Shown here in pieces: positions 30,443-41,526 of a DNA stretch of 64,000 bases. The stretch's first letter is position 1. The number at the start of each line of letters is the position of its first letter. A model generated the notes under the pieces. The model was given only the letters and a program-made list of their open reading frames with translations. It was not told the origin of the DNA and did not search any database. The stretch is from Spirochaetia bacterium (GTDB lineage: Bacteria > Spirochaetota > Spirochaetia > SP-2023): assembly GCA_965263295.1 (NCBI GenBank), contig OZ253665.1:2112001-2176000 (forward strand), given 5' to 3'. Both the position numbers and the translations under genes were made by a program.

Positions 30443-30519
30443 TATTTGCTTGCCATTAATGCTTGTGTCGGGCGTCGGGCAGGGAAGAATTGCTGAAGGG
30501 ACTTCAAAGGAGAAAATAT

Positions 30520-31557
30520 ATGTCGAAGGTAAAGGCCGGTGGCGAGCAGGCTGGCGATGAGGAATTGACGGGTCGCCAGAAGGCAGCCATTTTTTTGGTA
30601 ACTTTGGGGTCTGAAATTTCTGCAAGTATTTTTAAACATCTCACTCAGGAAGAAGTTGAGACGATTACTTTTGAAATCGCGCGTTTAGGCAATGTTAAGT
30701 CTGAGGATCGCGATCTGGTATTACAGGAATTTCAGGGCATGATGATGGCCCAGGATTTTATGGCTTCTGGCGGTGTCGATTATGCGCGCGAACTGTTGGA
30801 AAAATCTGTTGGTTCCGACAAGGCCATAGATATCATCAATCGCTTAACTTCATCGTTAAAGTCCCGGCCCTTTGATTTTGTGCGTCGCGCCGATCCCCAA
30901 CACATCTTGAACTTCATTCAACAGGAGCATCCCCAGACGATTGCGTTGATTTTATCCTATATTGAACCGGCTAAGGCCTCGGCCGTGTTGGGCGGACTGG
31001 ATCCGGAAATGCAGTCAGAAGTGGCGAAACGTATTGCGAATATGGAGCGATCCTCACCAGAGGTAATCCGCGAGGTCGAGCGTGTGCTGGAGAAAAAGCT
31101 GGCTTCAATCTCTTCCGAACATGTGGTTGTGGCCGGGGGTGTCGATAGCATCGTGGAAATCCTCAACACTATTGATCGAACGACTGAGCGCAGTATCATG
31201 GAGAGCCTGGAAGAGGATGATCCGGAACTGGCTGAAGAAATCCGTAAGAAAATGTTCGTTTTTGATGATATTGTCATGTTGGATGACGGTTCCATCCAGC
31301 GTGTCCTCAAGGAAGTGGATCAGCAGGATTTGATCAAGGCCTTAAAGGCTGTAGATGATGAAGTCAAGGATAAAATCTTTCGCAACATGTCCAAGCGTGC
31401 GGCCGCGATGCTGGAAGAGGATATGCAATTTATGGGCCCCTTGCGCATGAGTGATGTGGAAGAAGTACAGCAAAAGATAGTTGGGATTATCCGCAAACTG
31501 GAAGAGGCCGGTGAAGTAATTATTGCCCGTGGGGGCGACGATGACTTACTGGTCTGA
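30520..31557 (+). CDS. fliG: Flagellar motor switch protein
   Basis: LTGRQKAAIFL, EHPQTIALIL, MFVFDD, NMSKRAA. Confidence 0.96.
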   Translation: MSKVKAGGEQAGDEELTGRQKAAIFLVTLGSEISASIFKHLTQEEVETITFEIARLGNVKSEDRDLVLQEFQGMMMAQDFMASGGVDYARELLEKSVGSDKAIDIINRLTSSLKSRPFDFVRRADPQHILNFIQQEHPQTIALILSYIEPAKASAVLGGLDPEMQSEVAKRIANMERSSPEVIREVERVLEKKLASISSEHVVVAGGVDSIVEILNTIDRTTERSIMESLEEDDPELAEEIRKKMFVFDDIVMLDDGSIQRVLKEVDQQDLIKALKAVDDEVKDKIFRNMSKRAAAMLEEDMQFMGPLRMSDVEEVQQKIVGIIRKLEEAGEVIIARGGDDDLLV

Positions 31558-31591
31558 TGATCGCGGAACAGCCAGGCATTAGGTAGAGCGA

Positions 31592-32629
31592 ATGAATAAG
31601 CGAGAAAAAATCTTTCATCCGACGGACGTGATTGACTTGACGCGGCAGTCTAAACGTGAAATCAGTATTATGGTACCCAAGTTTGATGTGGTTGAGGAGC
31701 CCGTTGAGATTTCTACTGGGCCTAGTCCGGATGAGATTCGCACTGAGATTGAACAACTGCGCGAAGACTGGACGCGCCAGCAGAGTGAGGAGCAGGAGCA
31801 GCTGCAAAAGCAGCTGGATATACAGCGTTGTAATGTCGATGAGGAGTTGCAGAATTTGCGCGAGAATGCCCAGCGCGATGCGGATCAAGTTTTGGCCAAT
31901 GCTGAGCAACAAGCGAAGGATATTATTGTGCAAGCTGAGCAACAGGGGCGGGAAGCGTTGGAGAATGCCCGGCTCAAAGTCGACATGATTGAAGAGGAGG
32001 GGCGCGAAAAAGGTTTGCAAGAAGGCCGTAAGGAAGGCTACGAGCAAGGTTTTGCCGAAGTGCGGCGCTTGACAAATCAGTTGCATTACATGATCTCCAG
32101 CGTATTGCAGCGCCGCGACGAAATTATCGCTTCCCTGGAAAGTGACTTGATTGACTTGACATTATTAATTGCCCGCAAAGTCGTGAAGGTCCTTTCGGAA
32201 AACCAGAAAGATATTGTAATTTATAATACCTTGGAAGCCTTGAAGAAGCTGCGCTGTCGCGGTAGCGTAACCTTGCGCGTCAACCCCGACGATATGGATG
32301 TTTGCTTGGAGAACAAAGAACACTTCATCCGCGAAATTGAAAACCTGGAAGGAGTCCACGTCGTTGAGGATCGTGTTGTCCAGCGAGGCGGTTGCATTGT
32401 CGAGAGCGATTTTGGCGAGATTGACGCTCGCATTTCATCTCAACTGCGCGAGGTGGAGGACAGGATTCTATCGGTGCGCCCCGTGCGTCGCCGCAGCCCG
32501 CGCCGGCTCAGCGAGGATATTATCCGCAAAGACGAAGAAGAACTGGAAAACTTTGTCAATTCCATTGATTCTGATAGTCTGGCCGGCAGTGAGGCCGCCG
32601 GCTCGGCTGCGGGTGAAGTTTCGCAGTGA
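31592..32629 (+). CDS. fliH: Flagellar assembly protein
   Basis: GxxxG repeats (EGREKGLQEGRKEGYEQG), LRVNPDD, GGCIVESDFGEIDARI. Confidence 0.92.
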   Translation: MNKREKIFHPTDVIDLTRQSKREISIMVPKFDVVEEPVEISTGPSPDEIRTEIEQLREDWTRQQSEEQEQLQKQLDIQRCNVDEELQNLRENAQRDADQVLANAEQQAKDIIVQAEQQGREALENARLKVDMIEEEGREKGLQEGRKEGYEQGFAEVRRLTNQLHYMISSVLQRRDEIIASLESDLIDLTLLIARKVVKVLSENQKDIVIYNTLEALKKLRCRGSVTLRVNPDDMDVCLENKEHFIREIENLEGVHVVEDRVVQRGGCIVESDFGEIDARISSQLREVEDRILSVRPVRRRSPRRLSEDIIRKDEEELENFVNSIDSDSLAGSEAAGSAAGEVSQ

Positions 32630-32712
32630 CGACAAGGGGCGACAAGGCGCGCGGTGCCAATTGGCATTAGGCATCCAGTTGCAAAGGGTTGGCAAAATAC
32701 GGAGAGGGTAGT

Positions 32713-34212
32713 ATGAGTATTGATACATTTGATTCTGTGCTGCGCTGTCGCAATGCCCTCTATGGCCTGGATACGATCAAGTACGGCGGAAGAGTTGAAC
32801 GCATTCAAGGGCAAATGCTTTATTGTAGCGGTCCTGTGGCTCAAGTTGGCGAAACTTGCCGGATCTTTCCGTCAAAGTTCAACCCTTGCACGCGGCAGGA
32901 AAATACCGAGCTGGCGGGCCAGCCGGGCCAAGCTGCTGTTCCCGAATTATACGGTGAAGTTGTGGGCTTGGAGCGTGAGCACTGCTATATCATGCTTTAC
33001 GATCAGCCTTCCGGCCTGAGGGTTGGCGACGAGGTGATCGCATTAGGGCATGAGCTTGAGGTCCCCGTCTCAATGGATTTACTGGGGCGGGTGGTCGATC
33101 CGCTGGTGAGGCCACTGGACAATCGAGGCCCCATAGCGTCCTTTACTAAATACCCGGTACAGCGCGAGGCACCTGCGGCGATGTCGCGTCCACCGATTGA
33201 CGAACAACTCGGCATTGGCGTGCGGGTTATCGATGGCCTCTTGCCGCTGGGGAAAGGCCAGCGTGTGGGTATCTTTTCCGGGTCTGGAGTGGGGAAGTCG
33301 ACGTTGCTAGGTATGATCGCTCGGAATACTGCCGCAGATGTCGTCGTTATTGCCTTGATCGGGGAGCGGAGCCGTGAGGTGCGCGAATTCCTGGAACGAG
33401 ATCTCGGAGAAGAAGGTCGAGCCCGTTCTATTCTTGTCGTATCGACTTCAAATAGTCCCGCTTTGTCGCGTATTCGCGGTGCGTATAGCGCCACAACGAT
33501 TGCCGAATATTTTCGCGATCAGGGTAAGGACGTATTGCTGCTTTTCGATTCGGTCACTCGTTTTGCTACCGCCGGGCGCGAAGTCGGGCTAGCTGTCGGA
33601 GAACCTCCGACGGTGCGCGGGTTCCCGCCTTCGGTGTTCAATAGTTTGCCTTTGTTGCTGGAACGGGCCGGCCACAGTGAAACGGGCTCAATTACCGGAA
33701 TTTACAATGTGCTGGTAGAAGGTGACCACCTGGATGAACCAGTTTCGGACACCATTCGCGGTATTTTGGATGGACATATTATTTTGTCGCGCCAGTTGGC
33801 AGAGCGCTACCACTATCCGGCGATTGACGTACCGGCCTCGATTTCACGCTTGGAGCAGAGGATTTCATTGCCTGAATTCCGCCCTGTGATAGCCCACGTC
33901 AAGCGTCTGTTGGCGATCTATCGCGAGCGTCAGGATCTGATTGAGATCGGCGCCTACGCCTCAGGAAGCAATCCGCTGCTGGACGAGGCGATTGAACGCC
34001 TGCCTGAATTGCGGCAGTTCTTGCAGCAGGGTATAGACGAGAACTGCCCGCTGGAGCAGACTATGCGGATGTTGCTGGCACTAGTTGGTGCGGACTCCCA
34101 GGCTCCCGCTGCAATTAGCGCCGAAACAGATTTGCGCGAGCAGAATAATTTAGGTTCAGTCGGCCAGACTGGGGGTCTAGCCATGACTAGTGCCAATAGA
34201 TCAGGTTTGTAA
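32713..34212 (+). CDS. fliI: Flagellar export ATPase
   Basis: GSGVGKST, ALIGERSREV, DSVTRFA, LDGHIILSR. Confidence 0.95.
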   Translation: MSIDTFDSVLRCRNALYGLDTIKYGGRVERIQGQMLYCSGPVAQVGETCRIFPSKFNPCTRQENTELAGQPGQAAVPELYGEVVGLEREHCYIMLYDQPSGLRVGDEVIALGHELEVPVSMDLLGRVVDPLVRPLDNRGPIASFTKYPVQREAPAAMSRPPIDEQLGIGVRVIDGLLPLGKGQRVGIFSGSGVGKSTLLGMIARNTAADVVVIALIGERSREVREFLERDLGEEGRARSILVVSTSNSPALSRIRGAYSATTIAEYFRDQGKDVLLLFDSVTRFATAGREVGLAVGEPPTVRGFPPSVFNSLPLLLERAGHSETGSITGIYNVLVEGDHLDEPVSDTIRGILDGHIILSRQLAERYHYPAIDVPASISRLEQRISLPEFRPVIAHVKRLLAIYRERQDLIEIGAYASGSNPLLDEAIERLPELRQFLQQGIDENCPLEQTMRMLLALVGADSQAPAAISAETDLREQNNLGSVGQTGGLAMTSANRSGL

Positions 34213-34808
34213 TGCGAAAATTTCAGTTTAGTATGGAAACTCTTCTGGCTTTGCGGCGAGCTAAGTTGGAGCAGCAGGAGCAACAGCTGGCTGCCGCAGT
34301 CACGGACTATAACCGCGGGCAAGAGGCAATGCGCAGCAATCGTCAGGCAAGTGCTGGTACTTGGAATAATTTGCGTGGGTCTGGGCACGGCAGTGCTGCC
34401 GGGCAAGAATTAAACCCCTGGCAGAGCCATTCCGATTACTTGTATCTCGCCCGGCTGGAAGGACAGAGCCGGGAGATTGATGGCCAAATGCACGAGGCAC
34501 ATTTGGCCATGGAAGTTGAGCAAAAGCGCTATGCCGAAATGCGCAAGGATTTGCGGGTTGTGGAAAAGTTGCGGGAACAACAACTCCATGAATATAAACG
34601 GGAGCGGGAGCGGGAGCAAGATGAGTCCTCTGCTGAAATGAGTCGAGCGCGTGAATTGTTACGTCCGGACATAGTTCGTGGCATTAATGCTAGGTCTGCG
34701 CGCCGCTTCAGCCGTTGCGGCAGCCTCGTCGATACTGCGGGACTTGATCTGCGGCCACATATGCAGCCGCCCGGAGCCATAGACTGCAATGGTAAAGAGG
34801 AAACTTGA
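34212..34808 (+). CDS. fliJ: Flagellar export protein FliJ with a C-terminal extension
   Basis: MRKFQFSMETLLALR start, coiled coil, VVEKLRE; directly after fliI. Confidence 0.8.
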   Translation: MRKFQFSMETLLALRRAKLEQQEQQLAAAVTDYNRGQEAMRSNRQASAGTWNNLRGSGHGSAAGQELNPWQSHSDYLYLARLEGQSREIDGQMHEAHLAMEVEQKRYAEMRKDLRVVEKLREQQLHEYKREREREQDESSAEMSRARELLRPDIVRGINARSARRFSRCGSLVDTAGLDLRPHMQPPGAIDCNGKEET

Positions 34809-35419
34809 TGGCGAATACTCTGGTCAAAAGTATTTTATTGTTGGTGCTAATTTTCCTGATAATGGTCGGTGGTCTGATTATTTTTGATTGGTTAGGGCTG
34901 ATGAGTTTGCGCCATCAACTCGCGCCTGTACTGCGTCTGGTCGGTTTAGATGCTCCGACATCTGATTCCCCGTCTGCCGGCGCAGAAGACAGCACAAATC
35001 TCAATGATACGCGTTTGCGGCGGCAGCTGGAGTCGCTGGAACTGGAGCGTAAAAACCTAGGGGAGCTGGAAGAAAAATTGGCCCAGCGCTCGGATGAACT
35101 GGACCAGCGAGAGCTGGAAATTACTCAGGCAGAGGAAAAATTGCAGCAACAACTCAAGGCACTGGAAGAACGAGAGAACTTATACCGTGATCGCAATGCC
35201 AAAATTGCGCAGATTGCCCGTAATTTTGGCGGTATGCCTCCGGCGCAGGCTGTCGCCCAAATGGACGCGATGGACCCGCTGCTAGTGGTCGATGTGTTGC
35301 GTGCGGCGGACCGCATTGCTGTGGAGGAAAATTCCACTTCACTCGTCTCTTACTGGATTTCGCAAATGCCGGCGAATCGGGGTGCAGAAATTAACAAGTT
35401 ATTAATTGAAAAACCCTAA
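34808..35419 (+). CDS. flbB: Periplasmic-flagellum collar protein FlbB
   Basis: N-terminal TM, long coiled coil, GMPPAQAV..SLVSYWISQMPA C-terminus; spirochaete position after fliJ. Confidence 0.8.
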   Translation: MANTLVKSILLLVLIFLIMVGGLIIFDWLGLMSLRHQLAPVLRLVGLDAPTSDSPSAGAEDSTNLNDTRLRRQLESLELERKNLGELEEKLAQRSDELDQRELEITQAEEKLQQQLKALEERENLYRDRNAKIAQIARNFGGMPPAQAVAQMDAMDPLLVVDVLRAADRIAVEENSTSLVSYWISQMPANRGAEINKLLIEKP

Positions 35420-36034
35420 GCTAAAAATATATGGCGATAAAACGACCATATCACTGACAAGTCTGAAAATTCAGGGGCAATGATTTGGGCAATAGGAGCC
35501 GACAGCGTTTGCCGTTTACGGTCACTTGGGTACGCTTGAGATTATTATTGTTCCCATCTTGTTGGACTAGGCAAGATTTGTTGGAATATTGGCGAGCCAT
35601 GATCAAGCAATGACCAATAATAACAAACATGGTCGCCGCTTAAGCACAATTGAGGAAGGCTCCTGCAAATTGCTGACTCCACGCTTGACCTTTTGACCGG
35701 CTCTCCTTGTGTCAAGTGCCAATTCAGTATTAAATCATTTTTAAGAAATAACTTATGCCTTGGGTAACCCGAGGGTAAACCGAGATTTTCCCCCGTGTAT
35801 TTGTTTTGTGCATCAAGTTGCTTTGGCATTGGCTCTGGTTTTTTCTTTATTTAAGGTAAATTAGGACTCTCAGGTCTCGACTTTTTTCTTGGTATTTAGT
35901 ATAAAGGTGGTTCTGCGCTTATTGGTTGTGGAAAAGTTGTAATTTTACAGGGGCATTGAAGGGCCTTTCAGTTTAGAGAACGACCTCAAATCCAGTAAAA
36001 ACTTCTAAAGTATGGTATTTTAAGGTTTTTTTTA

Positions 36035-36063
36035 TTGACACAGAATGTTGATTCAGTTAACTT
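36035..36063 (+). promoter_or_regulatory. Candidate sigma-70 promoter of the rpsL operon
   Basis: TTGACA-N17-TAACTT with a T-rich upstream tract. Confidence 0.6.
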
Positions 36064-36199
36064 GTCCCTCACTTCAGTTATAGAGCGTATCTGTAAATGC
36101 AATTGTATTTGCCAACTCTTGGCGTTGAAAGATATTGGGAATTTTTCCTGGTTATTATTGTAGTATGTTCGCTGGCTGAGATACATTGGAGGTCATGGA

Positions 36200-36574
36200 A
36201 TGCCAACGATTAGTCAACTGGTGCGCAAAAGTCGCAAGTCTGGTGTAAAAAAAACAAAGTCCCCTGCGTTGCAGGCTTGCCCTCAGAAAAGAGGGGTCTG
36301 CACTCGTGTGACAACTTTTACCCCTAAAAAACCGAATTCCGCTTTGCGTAAGGTCGCTCGTGTGCGTCTGTCTAATGGTATTGAAGTTACGGCCTACATT
36401 CCGGGCATTGGTCATAATTTGCAGGAGCATTCTGTCGTGGCTATTCGCGGCGGTCGGGTGAAGGATCTGCCGGGTGTGCGTTATCATATTGTTCGTGGCA
36501 CTCGTGATACTCTGGGTGTAAACGATCGCCGTCGAGGGCGTTCAAAATATGGCGCTAAGCGCCCGAAAGCGTAA
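36200..36574 (+). CDS. rpsL: 30S ribosomal protein S12
   Basis: [30 protein letters not shown]. Confidence 0.99.
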   Translation: MPTISQLVRKSRKSGVKKTKSPALQACPQKRGVCTRVTTFTPKKPNSALRKVARVRLSNGIEVTAYIPGIGHNLQEHSVVAIRGGRVKDLPGVRYHIVRGTRDTLGVNDRRRGRSKYGAKRPKA

Positions 36575-36609
36575 TTTTTTGCCCCTGAGATTTGGTCGGA
36601 GAACGAAAG

Positions 36610-37080
36610 ATGTCTAGAAAGAAAAGAGTTATTCCTCAGAGAACTTTTGCGGATGCCCGCTTTGGTAGTCGTGAGGTCGAGAAGTTTATTACTCGTATGA
36701 TGTTGGAAGGTAAAAAGTCTGTCAGTGAAAAACTGGTGTATATGGCTTTGGATCGTTTGGCGGAGAAGTCGGGTGAGGATGCTTTAATTGCGTTTCGCCG
36801 TGCGCTGGAAAATGTCAAGCCCGTGTTTGAAGTGCGTTCGCGTCGCGTGGGGGGCTCTACTTATCAGGTGCCAGTTGAAGTGCGGGAGGCCCGTAGAGAG
36901 GCCCTGGCCATGCATTGGTTGATCGGGGCTGCTCGCTCCCGTTCGGGGCGTGGCATGGACGAGCGTTTGGCCCGTGAGTTGCTGGATGCTTTTAATAGCA
37001 CCGGTACCGCGGTAAAAAAGAAGGAAGATGTGCATCGAATGGCAGAGGCAAATCAGGCTTTTGCGCATTATCGTTGGTGA
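36610..37080 (+). CDS. rpsG: 30S ribosomal protein S7
   Basis: [26 protein letters not shown]. Confidence 0.98.
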   Translation: MSRKKRVIPQRTFADARFGSREVEKFITRMMLEGKKSVSEKLVYMALDRLAEKSGEDALIAFRRALENVKPVFEVRSRRVGGSTYQVPVEVREARREALAMHWLIGAARSRSGRGMDERLARELLDAFNSTGTAVKKKEDVHRMAEANQAFAHYRW

Positions 37081-37172
37081 TAGAGGGGGCTATCGCTTCA
37101 AACCGCAGGCTTGCAGTCTGAAGGTGAAGCTGAGAAACTTGTGATAGTTTTTGAGTTTTACTTTTATTGTGC

Positions 37173-37202
37173 AAGCTTGGGCGGAAGCCCAAGCTTATTT
37201 TT
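37173..37202 (+). terminator. Terminator-like hairpin between rpsG and tuf
   Basis: AAGCTTGGGC-GGAA-GCCCAAGCTT perfect 10-bp stem followed by ATTTTT. Confidence 0.6.
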
Positions 37203-37263
37203 GCTTGAAACTAGTGCAGTTTACTGCGAAATCAAGAAAATTTAAATCCATTTAGGAGGAAAT

Positions 37264-38451
37264 ATGGCTAAGGAAAAGTTCCGAAGAGGTAAGCCTCATA
37301 TGAACGTGGGTACAATTGGGCATGTTGACCACGGTAAAACGACTTTGACAGCTGCAATTTCAATGTACTGCGCTGCTAAGGCTGGTGGCAAGGTGATGTC
37401 TTATGAAGATATTGATAATGCGCCAGAAGAACGTCAGCGTGGTATTACGATCAACACTCGTCACGTCGAGTATGAATCCGAAAATCACCATTACGCACAT
37501 GTCGACTGTCCCGGTCACGCTGACTACGTTAAAAATATGATTACCGGCGCCGCTCAAATGGACGGTGCGATTTTGCTGTGTGCTGCCGACTCTGGTCCGG
37601 AACCTCAGACTCGCGAGCACATTCTGTTGGCGCGCCAGGTCGGTGTGCCCAAGCTGATTGTGTTTATGAATAAAATGGATCTGGCTGATCCCGAGCTGGT
37701 TGAGCTGGTTGAGGCCGAGATATTGGAGCTGTTGGAGCAGTATGGCTTTCCGGGAGACGGTACTCCTATTGTCAAAGGTTCGGCTTTTCAGGCGATGACT
37801 AATCCTGGCGATCCTGAGGCTACTAAGTGCATTGAGGAGCTGCTCGGGCAGATGGATGCCTATTTTGACCTGCCAGAGCGTCCGATTGACAAAGATTTTT
37901 TGCTGCCGATTGAAGATGTTTTCTCTATTTCGGGTCGCGGTACGGTGGTTACTGGCCGTGTCGAGTCCGGGATCATCAAGGTTGGAGATGAGGTCGAAAT
38001 CGTCGGGATCAGTGACAACCAGAAAACTACCGTTACTGGTGTGGAGATGTTTCAAAAGGAATTGGACCAGGGACAGGCCGGTGACAACGTGGGTTGTCTG
38101 TTGCGCGGTATTGACAAGGATAAAGTTGAACGTGGTCAAGTTTTGTGTAAGCCGGGTTCGATTAAGCCTCACAAGAAGTTTAAAGGTGCTATTGTCTCTT
38201 TGACTAAGGATGAAGGTGGTCGTCACAATCCGTTCTTTAGTGGTTATCGTCCTCAGTTCTACTTTCGTACCACTGACGTTACGGGTTCGGTAACCCTGCT
38301 TGGGGGCAAGGAGATGGTCATGCCGGGGGACAACTGTGAGCTGCAGGTTGAGTTGATCAGTCCGATAGCCATGGAGCCTGGTTTGAAGTTTTCAATCCGT
38401 GAAGGTGGTCGCACCGTCGCCTCGGGCCAGGTTCTTGAGATTCAGGAATAA
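37264..38451 (+). CDS. tuf: Elongation factor Tu
   Basis: [40 protein letters not shown]. Confidence 0.99.
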   Translation: MAKEKFRRGKPHMNVGTIGHVDHGKTTLTAAISMYCAAKAGGKVMSYEDIDNAPEERQRGITINTRHVEYESENHHYAHVDCPGHADYVKNMITGAAQMDGAILLCAADSGPEPQTREHILLARQVGVPKLIVFMNKMDLADPELVELVEAEILELLEQYGFPGDGTPIVKGSAFQAMTNPGDPEATKCIEELLGQMDAYFDLPERPIDKDFLLPIEDVFSISGRGTVVTGRVESGIIKVGDEVEIVGISDNQKTTVTGVEMFQKELDQGQAGDNVGCLLRGIDKDKVERGQVLCKPGSIKPHKKFKGAIVSLTKDEGGRHNPFFSGYRPQFYFRTTDVTGSVTLLGGKEMVMPGDNCELQVELISPIAMEPGLKFSIREGGRTVASGQVLEIQE

Positions 38452-38602
38452 TTGACTGAAAAGCTTAAATTATAGGCAAATAGTCCTTGGCGTAGTCATC
38501 TTGAATCATTAGGCTGGCTGCCCAGGCTGTTCGACGTCCAGTTTATGGGTTGTAATTATCGGTTTGTAATTGAGTTGGCTTGTTAATTGACAAAGGGAAT
38601 AA

Positions 38603-38908
38603 GTGATGAAAGATAGAGTTCGGGTCAGGTTGAAAAGTTTTGATGTGCGGTTGATTGAGCAAAGTGTGAGTTCAATTATTGATGCCTTGGCCCAGTATAA
38701 TGTTAAAGTGGCAGGGCCCATCCCTCTCCCGACTAGAATTCAAAAGTTCACTGTAAACAAGTCGACCTTTGTGAATAAAAAGTCGCGTGAGCAGTTCGAA
38801 ATGCGTACTCATAAAAGGTTACTTGATATTATTAATCCTTCTGGTACGGCTATGGATGCTTTGCAACGTGTCGAACTCCCTGCCGGGGTGGATGTAGAGA
38901 TTCGCTAA
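38603..38908 (+). CDS. rpsJ: 30S ribosomal protein S10
   Basis: [21 protein letters not shown]. Confidence 0.98.
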   Translation: MMKDRVRVRLKSFDVRLIEQSVSSIIDALAQYNVKVAGPIPLPTRIQKFTVNKSTFVNKKSREQFEMRTHKRLLDIINPSGTAMDALQRVELPAGVDVEIR

Positions 38909-38944
38909 TTTAAGTGAAGTTGCCGGATTTGGAGTGAGATATTA

Positions 38945-39568
38945 ATGATTGCGCTGATTGGTAAAAAGCATGGAATGACGCAGATCTTTGACGAAGATGG
39001 GTCTGTGGTGCCGGTGACGGTTATTGAAGTAGAGAAAAATCTTGTTGTGGCAAAGCGGACCTTGCAGAAGAATGGTTACCAGGCGGTTTTGCTGGGCTGT
39101 GCGCCTCAGTTGCCGCAGCGTTTGACTAAGGCAGATTTAGGTCAGTATCCAGAGGGTGTCACTCCCAAGGCGCACTTGCGGGAAGTTCGTGACTTTCGTG
39201 TCGAGTGTGAGGTCGGTCAGGAGCTCGGTTTGGAACTACTGGCTGGAACACGTTATGTTGATGTCGCCGCCACGTCTAAAGGCAAGGGTTTTCAGGGTGG
39301 CATGAAGCGTCACGGGTTCGGGGGGGGGCACCGGACTCATGGCTCTAAATTCCATCGAGATCTGGGTTCTACGGGCCAGGCGGCGTGGCCTTCTCGTACT
39401 TTTAAGGGGCAGAAAATGTCTGGTCGCATGGGTGGCCGGCGTGCGACTGTGCAAAATCTGGAAGTTTTGCGCATTGAGGCGGACAAGAATTTACTGGTTG
39501 TCCGCGGCGCGGTTCCTGGGCCGCGCGGTGCGCGCGTAATTGTGCAGAAGGCCAAGAAAAAATCGTAA
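38945..39568 (+). CDS. rplC: 50S ribosomal protein L3
   Basis: GKKHGMTQIF, SKGKGFQG, KMSGRMG. Confidence 0.98.
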   Translation: MIALIGKKHGMTQIFDEDGSVVPVTVIEVEKNLVVAKRTLQKNGYQAVLLGCAPQLPQRLTKADLGQYPEGVTPKAHLREVRDFRVECEVGQELGLELLAGTRYVDVAATSKGKGFQGGMKRHGFGGGHRTHGSKFHRDLGSTGQAAWPSRTFKGQKMSGRMGGRRATVQNLEVLRIEADKNLLVVRGAVPGPRGARVIVQKAKKKS

Positions 39569-39647
39569 ATAGATTTTGGTATGTCGCAGATTAAAGTGAA
39601 AATCGAGAAGGTGCATTTTGCTTGTTGCATCTAGCAAGGGTTTATGA

Positions 39648-40307
39648 ATGGAAAAGAAGCTATATTCCATAGATGGCGAGGAAAAGGGTTTGATCCAGCT
39701 GGCTGATGAAGTCTTTGCTGTCGAAGTCAATGAAGGTCTGATTCATCAGTTGTTAACGATGGAGTTGGCTAATAAGCGTCAGGGAACTGCCGCTACTCGC
39801 CTTCGCAGTCAGGTACGGGGTTCTACGGCCAAGCCTTGGCGTCAGAAAGGCACGGGGCGTGCTCGAGCTGGCCACAAGCGTTCGCCAATTTGGAAGGGCG
39901 GCGGTGTGGTTTTTGGTCCACATCCGCGCAGCTATCGTCAGGACATGCCGAAAAAAATGAAACGCAATGCATACAAAAGTCTGCTTTCGCTGCGTGCCGT
40001 TAATGATGAAATTGTGAAATTTATAGAGGATTTTCAAATTGAGTCGGGAAAGACCCGTGATCTGGTGGCCAAACTGGCGTGCTTTGCCGCGGTAAAAAAA
40101 GATCGGATCGTTGTTGTTCTGGGTGATAATTATGAAGATAATGCCCTGATTCGTCGCGCTGCTAGGAATATAGCTAATTTAACTGTGTTGGATTACTGGC
40201 GCCTGGAAGTGCATGATTTTTTTTATGCTAAAAAGATTCTATTCGCTGAGTCTGCCGTCAAGGGTTTGAATAGTTTCTATCGAGATAAGGTGGGAGAGGC
40301 GGTATAA
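39648..40307 (+). CDS. rplD: 50S ribosomal protein L4
   Basis: KPWRQKGTGRARAG, GGGVVFGP. Confidence 0.98.
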   Translation: MEKKLYSIDGEEKGLIQLADEVFAVEVNEGLIHQLLTMELANKRQGTAATRLRSQVRGSTAKPWRQKGTGRARAGHKRSPIWKGGGVVFGPHPRSYRQDMPKKMKRNAYKSLLSLRAVNDEIVKFIEDFQIESGKTRDLVAKLACFAAVKKDRIVVVLGDNYEDNALIRRAARNIANLTVLDYWRLEVHDFFYAKKILFAESAVKGLNSFYRDKVGEAV

Positions 40308-40310
40308 GGG

Positions 40311-40646
40311 ATGGAAGTCGAGAACGTTTTAATTCGTCCGCTGTTGACAGAAAAGTCTAATGTATTACAGGCGGGTGTCTCTGGTTACAAGAAATACAGT
40401 TTTCAGGTGGATGTTCGCGCGAACAAGCTGCAAATAATGTATGTCGTGAAGACTTTGTTTAAGGTGGAGCCCTTGGCTTGTAATATTGTGAGCGTGAAGA
40501 GTAAGAGAAAGCGCAATTTGCCTGTTTCGAAAAATAGCTTTAAGCGCGGTTACGGCAAGAGTGCGCCCTGGAAAAAAGCTGTCGTAACGTTGCCGAAAGG
40601 GCAATCTATCGAAGCTCTCGAAAGCCTGGGTATTGATGAGGCATAA
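40311..40646 (+). CDS. rplW: 50S ribosomal protein L23
   Basis: RPLLTEKS, WKKAVVTL; operon position. Confidence 0.95.
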   Translation: MEVENVLIRPLLTEKSNVLQAGVSGYKKYSFQVDVRANKLQIMYVVKTLFKVEPLACNIVSVKSKRKRNLPVSKNSFKRGYGKSAPWKKAVVTLPKGQSIEALESLGIDEA

Positions 40647-40664
40647 TGGGTTTGAGGTGTTAGG

Positions 40665-41504
40665 ATGGCATTGAAGAAGTATAAACCTACGACTCCGAGT
40701 CTGCGTCACTTGCAGACTGTCGATTATTCGGATTTATCAAAGCAGCGCCCCCACAAGAAATTGACGAGGGGTAAAAAAAGTAATGCTGGTCGAGGTAGTT
40801 CGGGGCGTATCAGTGTGCGGCGTCGCGGTGGTGGGCACAAGCGCCTATATCGCACTATTGACTTTAAACGTGATAAATTAGGCGTCCCCGCTCGCGTCGA
40901 GTCCATTGAATACGATCCCAACCGCACAGCGCATATTGCGTTGTTGGTTTATCGGGATGGCGAACGTCGTTACATCCTTTGTCCGCAAGGGCTGGAGGTC
41001 GGGGCAGAAGTCGTGAGTGGGCCGGGAGCTGAGATCGCGGTGGGCAATACGCTGCCCCTGGCGGATATCCCTGTCGGGCGTGTGGTGCATGGCGTGGAGT
41101 TGACAGCTGGACGCGGGGCCCAGTTGGCACGCACAGCTGGTTCATCGGCGATGATTACTGCGCGTGACCGTGATTATTTTTCCTTAAAGCTTCCTTCGGG
41201 CGAAATTCGTATGGTGCACAAGGGTTGTCGAGCCACTATTGGGGTCTTGGGCAACGCGGACCACATGAATATCAGTATCGGTAAGGCTGGGCGTTCACGT
41301 TGGCTTGGTCGCCGTCCTAAAGTTCGCGGCGTCGCCATGAACCCCGTGGACCATCCGCATGGAGGTGGTCAGGGGCGGACCAAGGGACGTCATCCACAGA
41401 CCCCCTGGGGAGTTCAGACGAAAGGCAAGAAGACTCGCTCTCGCAGCAAGACTTCTAGCCGCTTTATTGTTCAGCGCCGAAAGCATAAGAATAAGCGCAA
41501 GTAG
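40665..41504 (+). CDS. rplB: 50S ribosomal protein L2
   Basis: [25 protein letters not shown]. Confidence 0.99.
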   Translation: MALKKYKPTTPSLRHLQTVDYSDLSKQRPHKKLTRGKKSNAGRGSSGRISVRRRGGGHKRLYRTIDFKRDKLGVPARVESIEYDPNRTAHIALLVYRDGERRYILCPQGLEVGAEVVSGPGAEIAVGNTLPLADIPVGRVVHGVELTAGRGAQLARTAGSSAMITARDRDYFSLKLPSGEIRMVHKGCRATIGVLGNADHMNISIGKAGRSRWLGRRPKVRGVAMNPVDHPHGGGQGRTKGRHPQTPWGVQTKGKKTRSRSKTSSRFIVQRRKHKNKRK

Positions 41505-41526
41505 TAGCACGGTAGGAGTCGTATGT

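Noticed and set aside
35545..35829. 94-aa minus-strand ORF in the flbB-rpsL spacer
   Set aside because: No RBS or recognisable motif; probably spurious
38480..38560. GTTCGA between tuf and rpsJ, suggesting a tRNA
   Set aside because: No cloverleaf could be built around it
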